A stretch of DNA of 64,000 bases, taken from assembly GCA_963840855.1 (NCBI GenBank), contig CAWJBB010000041.1, positions 269,538 to 333,537 of the forward strand, given 5' to 3'. Of this stretch, positions 18,856-28,367 are shown in pieces. The stretch is from an uncultured delta proteobacterium (GTDB lineage Bacteria; Desulfobacterota; Binatia; UBA9968). The notes under the pieces were generated by a model. That model saw nothing but the letters and a program-made list of their open reading frames with translations, was not told the origin of the DNA and searched no databases. Positions within the stretch are counted from its first letter, which is position 1; every line of letters begins with the position of its first letter. A program made the translations under genes and the position numbers.

Positions 18856-19884
18856 ATGCATTACAGTATGGCGATCTCCGCATTGGCGCTGGTGGTATCG
18901 CAGATTTCCTTTGTAACCTATTGCGGCGCTCAGGCGTCCGATCCCAAAGTCATCGAAGCGGCGAAGAAAGAGGGCGGTGAGATCGAGGCCTACGCAGCGC
19001 TGCGCACGGAGACCGCGATGACTGTATGGAAGATGTTCGAGACCAAATATCCGTTCTTGAAGGTTAAGCAGTACAAAGCCGACAGCGACAAGATGCTGCA
19101 ACGTTTGGCGACGGAGTACCGCGCCAAGAAGTACCTTGTCGATGTGTTGAATTTCGGCGGTGGTTTTCATACCCAGGTGTTGATCGACCAGGGTATCGCG
19201 GGTGCTTATCTTTCGCCGGAGACGAAGCACTATGCCCCGGCGTTCAAAGACAAAAACGGGCTATGGACGACGCTTTACTACAACCCGTTAACCATCGTAT
19301 ATAACGCCAAGGCGCTAGCGCCCAATGAGCGCCCGAAAGATTGGTTCGATCTACTGAATCCAAAGTTGAAGGGCAGGCTGGCACTCGAACAGGAGCAGGT
19401 CACCTGGTATGCGGGGATGTTGAAACGCTACGGCGCGGAGAAGGCCAAGCACTATATGCAGGCGCTGGCGAAGCTCGATCCTCGCCCCGAGCAATCGTCA
19501 CGGGGGAATGCGCTGCTCGCCGCCGGCGAGTTTGCGGTTTACGTCGGCCGCGGTCACGTCGCCGAGATGTTTAAGAAGAAGGGAGCGCCGGTGGAGTGGA
19601 TCAAGAACCCCGATCCTTTGGTCGTGCAGCCGGCGACGGTGCAGATTGCCAAGAATCCGCCGCATCCAAACTCTGCCAAGCTATTAATCGACTTCATGTT
19701 GTCGGAACAAGTGGCTGAATTGTTGGCTAAAGAGCAGCGTTTGCCGGGCCGCAGCAACGCCATCAACCTGGACCCTGCGTTTAAGGAAATCAACGCCGAG
19801 AAAATTTTTCCGCTTTCGATGGAAGAGGTGCAGAAAAATTACAAGCGCTATCTGGATGAGTTTCGAGGTTATTTTGGCAGTTAG
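18856..19884 (+). CDS. Extracellular solute-binding protein (Fe3+/thiamine/polyamine-type family)
   Basis: IEAAKKEGG, FETKYPF, PKDWFDLLNPKLKG, PHPNSAKLLIDFMLS. Confidence 0.85.
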   Translation: MHYSMAISALALVVSQISFVTYCGAQASDPKVIEAAKKEGGEIEAYAALRTETAMTVWKMFETKYPFLKVKQYKADSDKMLQRLATEYRAKKYLVDVLNFGGGFHTQVLIDQGIAGAYLSPETKHYAPAFKDKNGLWTTLYYNPLTIVYNAKALAPNERPKDWFDLLNPKLKGRLALEQEQVTWYAGMLKRYGAEKAKHYMQALAKLDPRPEQSSRGNALLAAGEFAVYVGRGHVAEMFKKKGAPVEWIKNPDPLVVQPATVQIAKNPPHPNSAKLLIDFMLSEQVAELLAKEQRLPGRSNAINLDPAFKEINAEKIFPLSMEEVQKNYKRYLDEFRGYFGS

Positions 19885-20050
19885 CTGGCTACTGAAAAAC
19901 CGATTTTCGTGCTTCGAGAACCTCAGCACGAACGGAGAATTACTGCGAGTTAAGGTGTTTATCCGTTCGCTGCCCTGAGCGGCATCGAAGGGTGAACGGA
20001 TAATTTTTCACGCCTGCTAGTACAAATCCGCAACCATAACCGAGTGACAT

Positions 20051-20437
20051 ATGCCCAAGACGCAAGCCAAACCTGACCTCCGTACCGTTACCATCGCCAT
20101 CGTGCGAAAAGGTGCTGAGGCGCAGCGCATTCAAAAAAAACTTGAATCAGAGGGCATCGAGAGCTTCCTCGCTACCGAGCGGAGTTTCGCGATCAACAAA
20201 TCGAAGAGCAAGGAGTTGGGCGCGGTCAAGGTTCAAGTTGGCCGTTCCGATGTCCAACGCGCTCTGAAAATTCTTGGGGCGGCGAATCTTACCGCCGGCC
20301 CTAATCCCGGGGCTGAGGTTAAGGGCCGAAAGGCCGGCAACCCGATTACTCGATTGGTCGAGGAACTCGATCCAAGATTACAGACCATCGTGGTTATTGC
20401 CGTTATCATCGCCGCGTTAGTTCTCTTCCTATCGTGA
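20051..20437 (+). CDS. Small membrane-anchored hypothetical protein (DUF2007-like N-domain)
   Basis: EAQRIQKKLESEGIESFL..VKVQV...DVQRALKIL plus a C-terminal TM helix. Confidence 0.55.
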   Translation: MPKTQAKPDLRTVTIAIVRKGAEAQRIQKKLESEGIESFLATERSFAINKSKSKELGAVKVQVGRSDVQRALKILGAANLTAGPNPGAEVKGRKAGNPITRLVEELDPRLQTIVVIAVIIAALVLFLS

Positions 20438-20482
20438 AACGCCAAAAGCCCCGCTCTCTTGAACGCCATTTTACCGGCTGTT

Positions 20483-20722
20483 ATAGATACTAACCATAGA
20501 ATTGTTAAACAGAACGAGTTTAAGAAAATTTATCGCGCCAAGCACGCTAAGCTCGCAAAGAAAGATTCTCTGTCGTTTCGACCGAAGGGAGAAATCTTTC
20601 TTAGATCCCTCGCATTCGCTCGGGATGACGGGCCTCGGCCCGTCACCTTGGCGTTCTTTGCGCGAGATACAATCTTTTCCGCTCTTCTCGTAATCGGAAA
20701 AAATTCAAATATGTTTGGCTAG
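20483..20722 (+). repeat. MITE-like dispersed repeat R2, copy 1
   Basis: Near-identical to 61320-61631 apart from two inserts there; internal stems (cgcgccaag/cttggcg, tgacgggcc/ggcccgtca). Confidence 0.75.
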
Positions 20723-20891
20723 CCTTTAAGAGCCGGTTAGAATGCCGGCCGAACGGTATTATCAATGAACGTGGATCGTGTTCATTTAGGAATAAAAGAT
20801 TTATGGGAAAAATCAAGTTTAGAGTTATAAATCATTGTATTAATTAAGAATTGCTCGGACAATCCTGGCACAATGAGGTCTCAAAAAAACG

Positions 20892-22137
20892 ATGGGTGAT
20901 TACGTTAAAGAGCACTACGATTTTCCCTTGACCAAGAAGAGCGAGAACAAGCCGCTCAAAGGGGTGCGGGTGATCGACGCCGGCAATATGGTTGCGGCTC
21001 CCTTTGCAACGGTATTGCTGGCCGATTTTGGCGCCGATGTGATCAAGATCGAACATCCGAAATACGGTGACGGGCAGCGAAAGCTTGAGCCCATCATGGA
21101 CGGGATTCCGCTCTGGTGGAAGTCGGTGTCGCGCAACAAGCGGTGCATTACGTTGGACTTGGGAAAACCGGAAGGTGGTGAAATTTTCAAGGCATTGATC
21201 AAAGGAACGGATGTAATCGTCGAGAATTACCGCCCCGGCACTTTCGAAAAGTGGGGCATCGGCTACGACACAATTCGCGCTATCGATCCGCGCATAATTT
21301 TACTGCGTATTTCCGGCTTTGGGCAGACCGGGCCATATAAAAACCGCGCTGGTTTCGGCCGCGTCGCCGAAGCCATGAGCGGGCTTACGAATCTTATCGG
21401 CGAGCCGGACGGCCCGCCGATGTCGCCGGGCTACCCGCTGGGCGACTTGATCGCCGGAATTTTCGGTTCTCTCTCAGTCATGATGGCGCTCTATCACCGC
21501 GATTTGCGCGGCGGCGAAGGGCAGGTGATCGACCTGGCGCTTTACGAAGCGGTGTTCCGCTTCCTCGATTTCGATCCGATTCAGTACGATCAAATGAAAA
21601 TCGTCCATAGGCGCACGGGCAACCGCGTGGCCTATGTAGCGCCGAGCTCGATGTTCAAAACGAAGGACGGCAAATATCTCACCCTGGCCGCGAGCACGCA
21701 AAATGTATGGTTACGGTTGGCCGAAGCGATCGGCCGCAAGGAGCTGACGACCGATCCAAAGTTCATCGATAATCCGGCGCGCGTCGAGAACTCCGTGGAG
21801 ATCAACGGCATCGTCGGCGAATGGATCGAAGGGCATACCCGTGAGGAAGTGATCGAGCACTTCGATAAGTTCGGCGTCGCCTATTCGTCGGTGTTCGACA
21901 TGGAAGACGCCTTTCGCGACCTTCAATACCGCGCTCGCGAGGCGATGGTTCGCGTGCCGGACCCCGACCTCGGCGAAGCGGTGGTTCAGAACGTGGTCCC
22001 CAAATTCTCCGCGACGCCTGGCTCCGTCGATTTCCTCGGCGCAGCCGATGGGCGCGCACAACGAAGAGATTTACGGCGGTGAGTTGGGCCTTTCCTCAGA
22101 GCGATTAAAAGAACTGCGCGACGCCGGCATTATCTGA
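20892..22137 (+). CDS. CoA-transferase family III, +1 frameshift near 22043
   Basis: PLKGVRVID, LADFGADVIKIE, ISGFGQTGP; the conserved tail PMGAHNEEIYGGELG...DAGII* lies in the +1 frame, ending 22137. Confidence 0.88.
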
Positions 22138-22747
22138 TCCCGCGCCCGCATGATTTTTAGCGGCGCAGCGCGGTATATTTCCCTGCTTCACCGCTCTATT
22201 CATTCTGCCTTTCTAACTCCAGATACAAGCATAGTGGTTCACTAATCTCCGACGCTGGCGTCCGGCGTGCTCTTTTTCGGACTCCTGATCGATTTAGTTT
22301 GGATCGGCCAGGTCAACGGCCGCCGATTCGGGAACAAGTCTAGCGTGAAAACCGGCATATAGTTTCACCACACCTCTTGCCAGAATAGTTCGTTCTCATC
22401 TAAATTGAGTCCCGCCGATGTGGCGGGGCGCTGGGGTCGCCATCCCGGCATCCTGGCACTAACGTGCTCGTGAAGCGTGTGCGATAGGGTTGGATAGCGC
22501 GTTACCTTGAACCTTTGAACATTGAACTTTGAACGGCCGTGAGGCTTTGAACGAAGCGCCTGTCCTGAGCGCAAGGAATGGGTCGAGTTGTTATCCCGTT
22601 TGTGTACCGATACAATTGCTCCATCGCCGCCAATTTTTTCAAAGGAATGCGTTTGGAGCAGATCTATAAAAAAGCCGGTGAATACTATACTAGCAAGTAG
22701 ACTGCATACCTCCCGCTCATTCCAGCGGCAGCCTACCACGTTTGTTT

Positions 22748-23351
22748 CATTTTGAGGTTTTGAGAATTCTCGAAACGTGGAAACGTGGGCGGGACGGGTG
22801 GAGTGGCGAGAACGTTCACGAATCCCGAGCACGTTCTGCCGGCTCTCGCCGAAATAACTCTTTTTTGATTGAATATTGCATCGCAAAAGCAGGATCTTGG
22901 AGTGGTGGTGGACATCCGGCTCGCTCGTACTTGTTATTCAACGACATGAACCGAGCGCCGGTCCTAAACGATTGGAACGATTGGAACTGCTGGAACGTTT
23001 GGAACGGCCCCTTCCAAACCCTTCGTCAGTGGCCGGAAACGGGACGGAGAGATCAATCATGATGGTCTTGGCGGTGATTCTAGAAACCGGCTCATCCGGG
23101 TAATCTTCGATCGTCTCACCCGTCTGGATCACATTTTGAACTTCGTCCTCGCTGATACGCCGCTGGTACATACGCTGGATCGCGTGGACCCTAAAGACGA
23201 ACCGTTCAAAAGCCACATCCCGACCCTTTCAGCGAAGCATGTTATCTTACAATGATTTTGGTTGCCAAGAAAAGCAACCTAGGGGCCGCCCCTTGGGTCT
23301 TTGCTCTTAAGTTTTGGGAAAAGCAGAATGTCCTCCCCTGAGTTGGTATGA
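22748..23351. repeat. Dispersed ~390-bp repeat R3, copy A (interrupted by a 216-bp insert, 23093-23308)
   Basis: Colinear with 23968-24362, e.g. gagcacgttctgcc, ggtggacatccggctcgctcg, gagagatcaatcatgatggt, aagttttgggaa.agcagaatgtcctcccctgagttggtatga. Confidence 0.8.
23093..23216 (-). pseudogene. N-terminal half of a DUF4258 toxin gene (inverted)
   Basis: MAFERFVFRVHAIQRMYQRRISEDEVQNVIQTGETIEDYPD, then runs into repeat R3. Confidence 0.75.
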
Positions 23352-23396
23352 ATCACGCTCAGGGCCCTCTGTTTTCATTCGCAAGCGCGCGTTTCC

Positions 23397-23558
23397 GATC
23401 GCTACCCCAGTCGTTTAGTGCTGGGGTGGCACGGACCGCGGCCCATACATGTCGTGGTCGCCGACAATACTCATGATAGAGAGAACATTGTCATAACAGT
23501 TTATGAGCCGGATCCGTCCGAGTGGGAGACAGATTTCAAAAGGAGAAAAGTGTCATGA
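23397..23558 (+). pseudogene. C-terminal half of a DUF4258 toxin gene
   Basis: Hand translation DRYPSRLVLGWHGPRPIHVVVADNTHDRENIVITVYEPDPSEWETDFKRRKVS*; ATGA overlap with the antitoxin start. Confidence 0.75.
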
Positions 23559-23782
23559 AGTGCGTTGTTTGCAAAAAGGGTGAAACCAAGGCTGGAACGA
23601 CCACGATGACACTCGAAAGGGACGGTGCCACGCTGGTATTCAAGAGCGTCCCAGCGCGAGTGTGCGCCAACTGTGGTGAAGCGTATGTAGATGGAGAGAT
23701 TACGGCCCATCTTCTCAAAACCGCTGAAGAGGCCGCCCGCTCCGGGATTCAAGTTGAAATCCGCCAGTACAATGCAGCCTGA
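23555..23782 (+). CDS. YgiT-type zinc-finger / MqsA-like antitoxin
   Basis: MKCVVCK..G.T...LER...VFKSVPARVCANCGEAY; canonical partner of DUF4258. Confidence 0.85.
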   Translation: MKCVVCKKGETKAGTTTMTLERDGATLVFKSVPARVCANCGEAYVDGEITAHLLKTAEEAARSGIQVEIRQYNAA

Positions 23783-23967
23783 CCGCTGAGGTCGTGTTCG
23801 AGGCAATTCGGGAACTGATGAGGCCACTCCAAAGCGCAGAAAAATCGGGTTTCTGGTGGAAGAAAAGGCTGCCGCCTACGGGCGGCGGTAATGTCCATGT
23901 TTCGGAATACACGCTACGTAAACACGCCTCACTCCCGCCTGTTGCCTAATGCCTCGTGCCTATTTTA

Positions 23968-24362
23968 CATTTCGACGTTTCGGGAATTCTCAAAACGTGA
24001 AAGTGTCAGCGGGGAGGGTGGAATGGTGAACACGAGCACGATCACGCTCTTAATCCGCCCACGAGCACGATTCACGCCCACGATCCCCATCCGACCCGCG
24101 CCCACGTTTCACGAGTCACGAGCACGTTCTGCCAGCTCTTGCCGAAAGAACCCTTTTTTGATTGTATGGCCCATCGCCGAAGCGGGATGTTTTGGTGATG
24201 GTGGACATCCGGCTCGCTCGCCCAGCGCAAACTCACCCGGGCTTTCCCTTCGTCGGTGGCCGGAAACGGGACCGAGAGATCAATCATGATGGTTTTGGCG
24301 GTGATTCTAGGAACCGGCTAAGTTTTGGGAATAGCAGAATGTCCTCCCCTGAGTTGGTATGA
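23968..24362. repeat. Dispersed repeat R3, copy B (uninterrupted)
   Basis: Direct repeat of copy A; starts with the palindrome acgtttcgggaattctcaaaacgt; inverted partial copy at 50338-50361. Confidence 0.8.
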
Positions 24363-24453
24363 TGCTAGACCCGACCCCTCGGAAGTACGACCCCTCGGAA
24401 GTAGTCCACAGACGGTAATGCTTTGCAGACATGAAGCGTGAGCGAGCGCGGAA

Positions 24454-24786
24454 ATGAAAACAAAAAAGTTTATTTACAGCCAAGCCTTATCATCATGTTG
24501 TAATTACAAAACTTTGCTTGCGCAAAGCCGAGCCGGCGGGTTCGTATCCCGAAATTGTTTGAAATGTGGCAAATCCCATTATGTCAACTATTCACAGCTG
24601 CCTGCATTGGAGTGTGAATTCTGTAACGGTTCATTGCAAGTAAGGAAGTTGGATGGGACTAACTATCATTATGTGTGCGAGTCCTGTGACAGGTCATGGT
24701 TACTTGCCTCGGTCCTCCCAGAATGGAGGGAGCTGTTCGAGTATTCAGGCCTTGCTGCATCCGGCGATATTCCTGAACCGATATAG
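24454..24786 (+). CDS. Multi-zinc-ribbon hypothetical protein
   Basis: CC, CLKC, CEFC and CESC pairs in 110 aa. Confidence 0.6.
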   Translation: MKTKKFIYSQALSSCCNYKTLLAQSRAGGFVSRNCLKCGKSHYVNYSQLPALECEFCNGSLQVRKLDGTNYHYVCESCDRSWLLASVLPEWRELFEYSGLAASGDIPEPI

Positions 24787-25123
24787 TAATAGGAAACGTC
24801 GTTACTTGGTCATACGTCGAGGAAGCCGCTTCAAAGATATTCAATGTTTACGTCTACCGGAGCAAGCTCGAATGGGCAAGAGAATGTTGGCGGCATTTTG
24901 CGGCCCCGGGCCATGTGTTATGAGCACGACGGCCTGGGGCAGCTCACGAACGCGTACCATGATTTCGATTGAGTTTTTGGATGAGATCACACCGTCGAGC
25001 GACACCGAGTGATGCGTCTACATCAATGATAGACTGCATTCGAGAGTGAGCGCTCTGTTTCGTGATTGCGTTTGATGTAATTACACATCTCCGGCCGCTG
25101 AAAACCTAAATAAGAACGGCAAA

Positions 25124-26419
25124 ATGGCAGCGAACATTCCAGCCTGCTTTTTCATGTTGTGCACGGATAACATGGAAAAAGAATGCCTGGATCGCGGATT
25201 ATTCGGGCACGGGGAACCGAGCTTCCCGTTCTTACGGTCTGTCAAGAAAGGCGATGTCGGATTTTTGCTCAACGTCTCTCGGGACGAGCTTTTGGGGGTC
25301 TTTGTGGCCGAAAGCGATGTTCGGCTCAACATCGTGCCGCAAGCCTGGAGAGGAGCGTTTCCAACTCAGGTAAAAGTCAAGCTGCTCGGGAAACTTCAGC
25401 GAATTAGCGCCACATCCAATTTAGAAAAACACATCGAATTGAGACTGATGAAGGGAAGGAATTACAAGATCCCATCCAAAAGCACCTACGGGCCGGATAT
25501 AACGGAGAAGGTATTAACACTTTTTAAACTGACTGAGGGTGTTGTAACTGCTGGGCAGTCGACGGCTGTTCCAGAAGCGGAAGTTGTAACCGAGCATAGT
25601 TTCCAAGACGTTGCCGGTTTACTTCCGATTAAAGAGTTTATTTATCAGAGGATCATCGCTCCTTTCGAAGACGAGGAGACTGCTTATCGATTGCGCTTGA
25701 GGCTAGGGGGCGGCATGCTCCTGGTCGGACCGCCCGGCACCGGTAAAACACTGGTGGCCAGTGCGATTGCCCGGCACATGCAAGCCAAGTTTGAGGAGAT
25801 TAGCCCGTCTGTTGTTATAGGGTTTCCCGGAGAGGCTGAAAAAAGAATTGAAAATATCTTTACGTCGCTTGATCGAGAGCCCAGAGCCGTGCTGTTTTTG
25901 GATGAGGCGGAGTGGATTTTGTGCAAGAGAGAGGAACAATCTTCCTCCGTGATGCAGCGAATTACACCTGTTTTGTTGGCTCAACTCAGCCGGATTTTCA
26001 AACAAAAGGCAAAAGCCATCGTCGTAGTCGCCGCGACCAACAAACCGGAGATGATTGACCCTGCGTTTTTCAGACCCGGCAGATTCGACAAGATTTTCGT
26101 CGTCGATTTGCCCGACGAAGGTGCGAGAAGAGGGATTTTAAACCTCCAGCGCCAAGGCAGGGCAAATGATCTAAGCGAGAATGATATCAGTGACGTGGCA
26201 GCGCGGTTGGAGGGCTATTCAGGTGCGGATATAGAAAACATCCTGGAAGAGGCTGCTTTTGCGGCTTTCGACAGAAGGAGTAAAAATACACCGGCTATCA
26301 CTAGGCAGGATGTTATCGCTATCGTGACCAAGACGCCTCGATCTGTGACTACCGAGGAAGTCCAGAAGATCAAACGATGGGCACAGCAAAGGGGATTGAA
26401 TCAACACTCATTGGAATAA
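25124..26419 (+). CDS. DCD-like (PUA/EVE superfamily) domain fused to a classical AAA+ ATPase
   Basis: N-term FFMLC...EKECLDRGLFG...VKKGDVGFLLN...LLGVFVA...NIVPQAW.GAFPTQV; GPPGTGKT, LFLDEAE, AATNKPEMIDPAFFRPGRFD. Confidence 0.8.
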   Translation: MAANIPACFFMLCTDNMEKECLDRGLFGHGEPSFPFLRSVKKGDVGFLLNVSRDELLGVFVAESDVRLNIVPQAWRGAFPTQVKVKLLGKLQRISATSNLEKHIELRLMKGRNYKIPSKSTYGPDITEKVLTLFKLTEGVVTAGQSTAVPEAEVVTEHSFQDVAGLLPIKEFIYQRIIAPFEDEETAYRLRLRLGGGMLLVGPPGTGKTLVASAIARHMQAKFEEISPSVVIGFPGEAEKRIENIFTSLDREPRAVLFLDEAEWILCKREEQSSSVMQRITPVLLAQLSRIFKQKAKAIVVVAATNKPEMIDPAFFRPGRFDKIFVVDLPDEGARRGILNLQRQGRANDLSENDISDVAARLEGYSGADIENILEEAAFAAFDRRSKNTPAITRQDVIAIVTKTPRSVTTEEVQKIKRWAQQRGLNQHSLE

Positions 26420-26452
26420 CGCCTGAGTTTCTGAGCGCAATCCGACTGTAGC

Positions 26453-26988
26453 ATGGCAATTAAGACTGAAAATTCCGCTCAAATCATCGATCAATTAACA
26501 CTCTTGAGATTGGTCGTTGGCTTCCTAGGCTCAGCGCAAGCAGTCGGGCTGGTGGGATTCCGATTTTCTTGACGGCACGGGGTCGCGGTTCTTGGAAACC
26601 ATCTTTCCGCGGACGGCGAGGGCTGCGGCATTGCGGTCGACCACCGAGGCGGCCTGCCTCGTTCACGATAAGGCTCTTGGCCGGGTGGGAAGCTATCACT
26701 TGTTTCGGTTCCCACCCGCTTTAGAAGATCGGCTAGAGCATGACTTAGGGCTAATGGATTGGGCCGAAGCGGGCAAGCAGATCGAGTCACGAGAAGTCGC
26801 AACTGATGTCGTTGAAAAAACTGGCGGATGCCGTCATTAAGGCACCGGCCGGCCCGGTCCAGGTCGGCGTGGAACGTCGAATCGTGACCTCCACGGCCAT
26901 TCACGAACTCGCCGCGCATTATCATTCTGCTTTTCAAGAGGGGATTCGCTGTTTTCCCTATTTTGCACCGGAGAAAAATGCACGCTGA
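26453..26988 (+). CDS. brxE: BREX protein BrxE (two apparent +1 frameshifts)
   Basis: Three successive frames give LRLVVGFLG / GWWDSDFL..FLETIFPRT..AACLVHD..G.YHLFRFP / Y.SAF..CFPYF; 536 nt minus 2 = 178 codons. Confidence 0.7.
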
Positions 26989-27771
26989 GAAAAATTACAC
27001 AACGCAACTTGGCGCTGGTCTCGGCATGATTCCACGAGACGATGGATTTGTTGCGTCTATGGGAGCCCGGCTTAACTCCGCATGCAGTTGGCAGACCGGG
27101 CTGTGGAGATCGGCTTGTTTTCTAGAACTACAGCGCGTCGCGCCAGGAACCTAACAATTGAAATGTTCGCACCTCGCTATCTAGTAGGTCAAGGTGACGC
27201 TGCGTCTCGAATTAAATTCTTGCTCGAAAACCGGTTCCCCCACGAGGGGCTGATCCAGCTTTTCTTTTTGCAAACGGCGCGCGCGCAGCAAATTTTCGCT
27301 GACTTTGTCGTTGAGGTTTATTGGCCAAAGTATAGTGCGAGCGCCTCGTTCTTAAACAAAGATGATGCAATGCGTTTCATCCAAAGAGCGAGTGACAGTG
27401 GTGTCATAGCAAAACGCTGGTCCGAGTCGGTGGTCGACAATGTAGCCGGTTATCTGATCGGTTGTTGCGTCGATTTCGGACTGCTTGGAGAAGGCAAGCG
27501 TACCGAACGCCCGATTAAGCGCTTCTCGATTCGTAAAGACGTGGCGCTCTATCTTGCTCATGAGCTTCACTTTGACGGACTAAGCGATCTGGCGGTCCTT
27601 CAGCATCGCGACTGGCAGCTGTTCGGTTTGGAATTTCAGGATGTAGTCGAGCTAATAAAGAGCGTCAGCCACGATGGCCATCTGTTAATTCAGTCGACTC
27701 CCGACCTGGTTCAGATCTCATGGAAATATCGCACCATGGAGGACTGCCTTAGTGTACTCACTCAAAGATAA
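26978..27771 (+). CDS. brxA: BREX protein BrxA (DUF1819-like; two apparent +1 frameshifts near the 5' end)
   Basis: YTTQLGAGLG..ETMDLLRLW, TARRARNL..FAPRYL, WSES...DFGLL, DWQLFGL; position before brxB/brxC. Confidence 0.7.
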
Positions 27772-28351
27772 GTTTGACGAGGTCTGTCTCCGTCTAGGCC
27801 AGGGCCGACGTTTGGAAAGTATGGGTTCCGATCCCATTTATTATCTTGTGTTTCCGGTTAGCGACATCATTGAGGTAAAGCGACAAACCCGTGCATGGGT
27901 CGCCAAGTTAGAGAACCAGGGATGGCATGTCGTTATATTCTCGATGGCGAAGGCGGTTAACGGCGTTCTTGGTAACCACAAGCTTCGCAAGCAATGGCTC
28001 GTTGGAGAAAAAATGCTGCTCGATCAAGCTGAGCGCACCGGCAAGCCCGTCGAGTTCGGCGAGATCAATAAAACCTTGGCGAAGGCGCTTACCGAAGGGC
28101 CGGAGTTGCTGGCGTTGCTCAAATCTAAAATGGAGGAAGCCTCTTCGAATCCTGGCGGCTTGCTACTGGTCACGGATTTGGAAGCGCTTCACCCGTACCT
28201 TCGGATTAATAGCATCGAATCCCAGCTTCAGGGCGCGATCCGCTGCCCAGTTTTGGTCTTGTATCCCGGAAAACGCGAAGGAAAGACCAGCCTGCGGTTT
28301 CTTGAATTCTATCCCGCCGACCCCAATTATCGCTCCGAACACATCGGATAG
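27752..28351 (+). CDS. brxB: BREX protein BrxB (DUF1788)
   Basis: DPIYYLVF, LLVTDLEALHPYLRI, LVLYPG.REG.TSLRFL..YP..NYRSEHIG; directly upstream of brxC. Confidence 0.8.
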   Translation: MYSLKDKFDEVCLRLGQGRRLESMGSDPIYYLVFPVSDIIEVKRQTRAWVAKLENQGWHVVIFSMAKAVNGVLGNHKLRKQWLVGEKMLLDQAERTGKPVEFGEINKTLAKALTEGPELLALLKSKMEEASSNPGGLLLVTDLEALHPYLRINSIESQLQGAIRCPVLVLYPGKREGKTSLRFLEFYPADPNYRSEHIG

Positions 28352-28367
28352 TGAAGGAGTGTCTGCC

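Noticed and set aside
22243-22451. Possible UGA-readthrough (selenoprotein) ORF on the minus strand
   Set aside because: No redox motif, no recognisable family and no SECIS support
22700-24400. Integron cassette array
   Set aside because: No tyrosine integrase in the window and no convincing RYYYAAC...GTTRRRY attC sites; the repeats are much longer
27927-28367. 147-aa N-terminal extension of BrxC in the ORF track
   Set aside because: It overlaps brxB in another frame; the RBS and conserved start are at 28368
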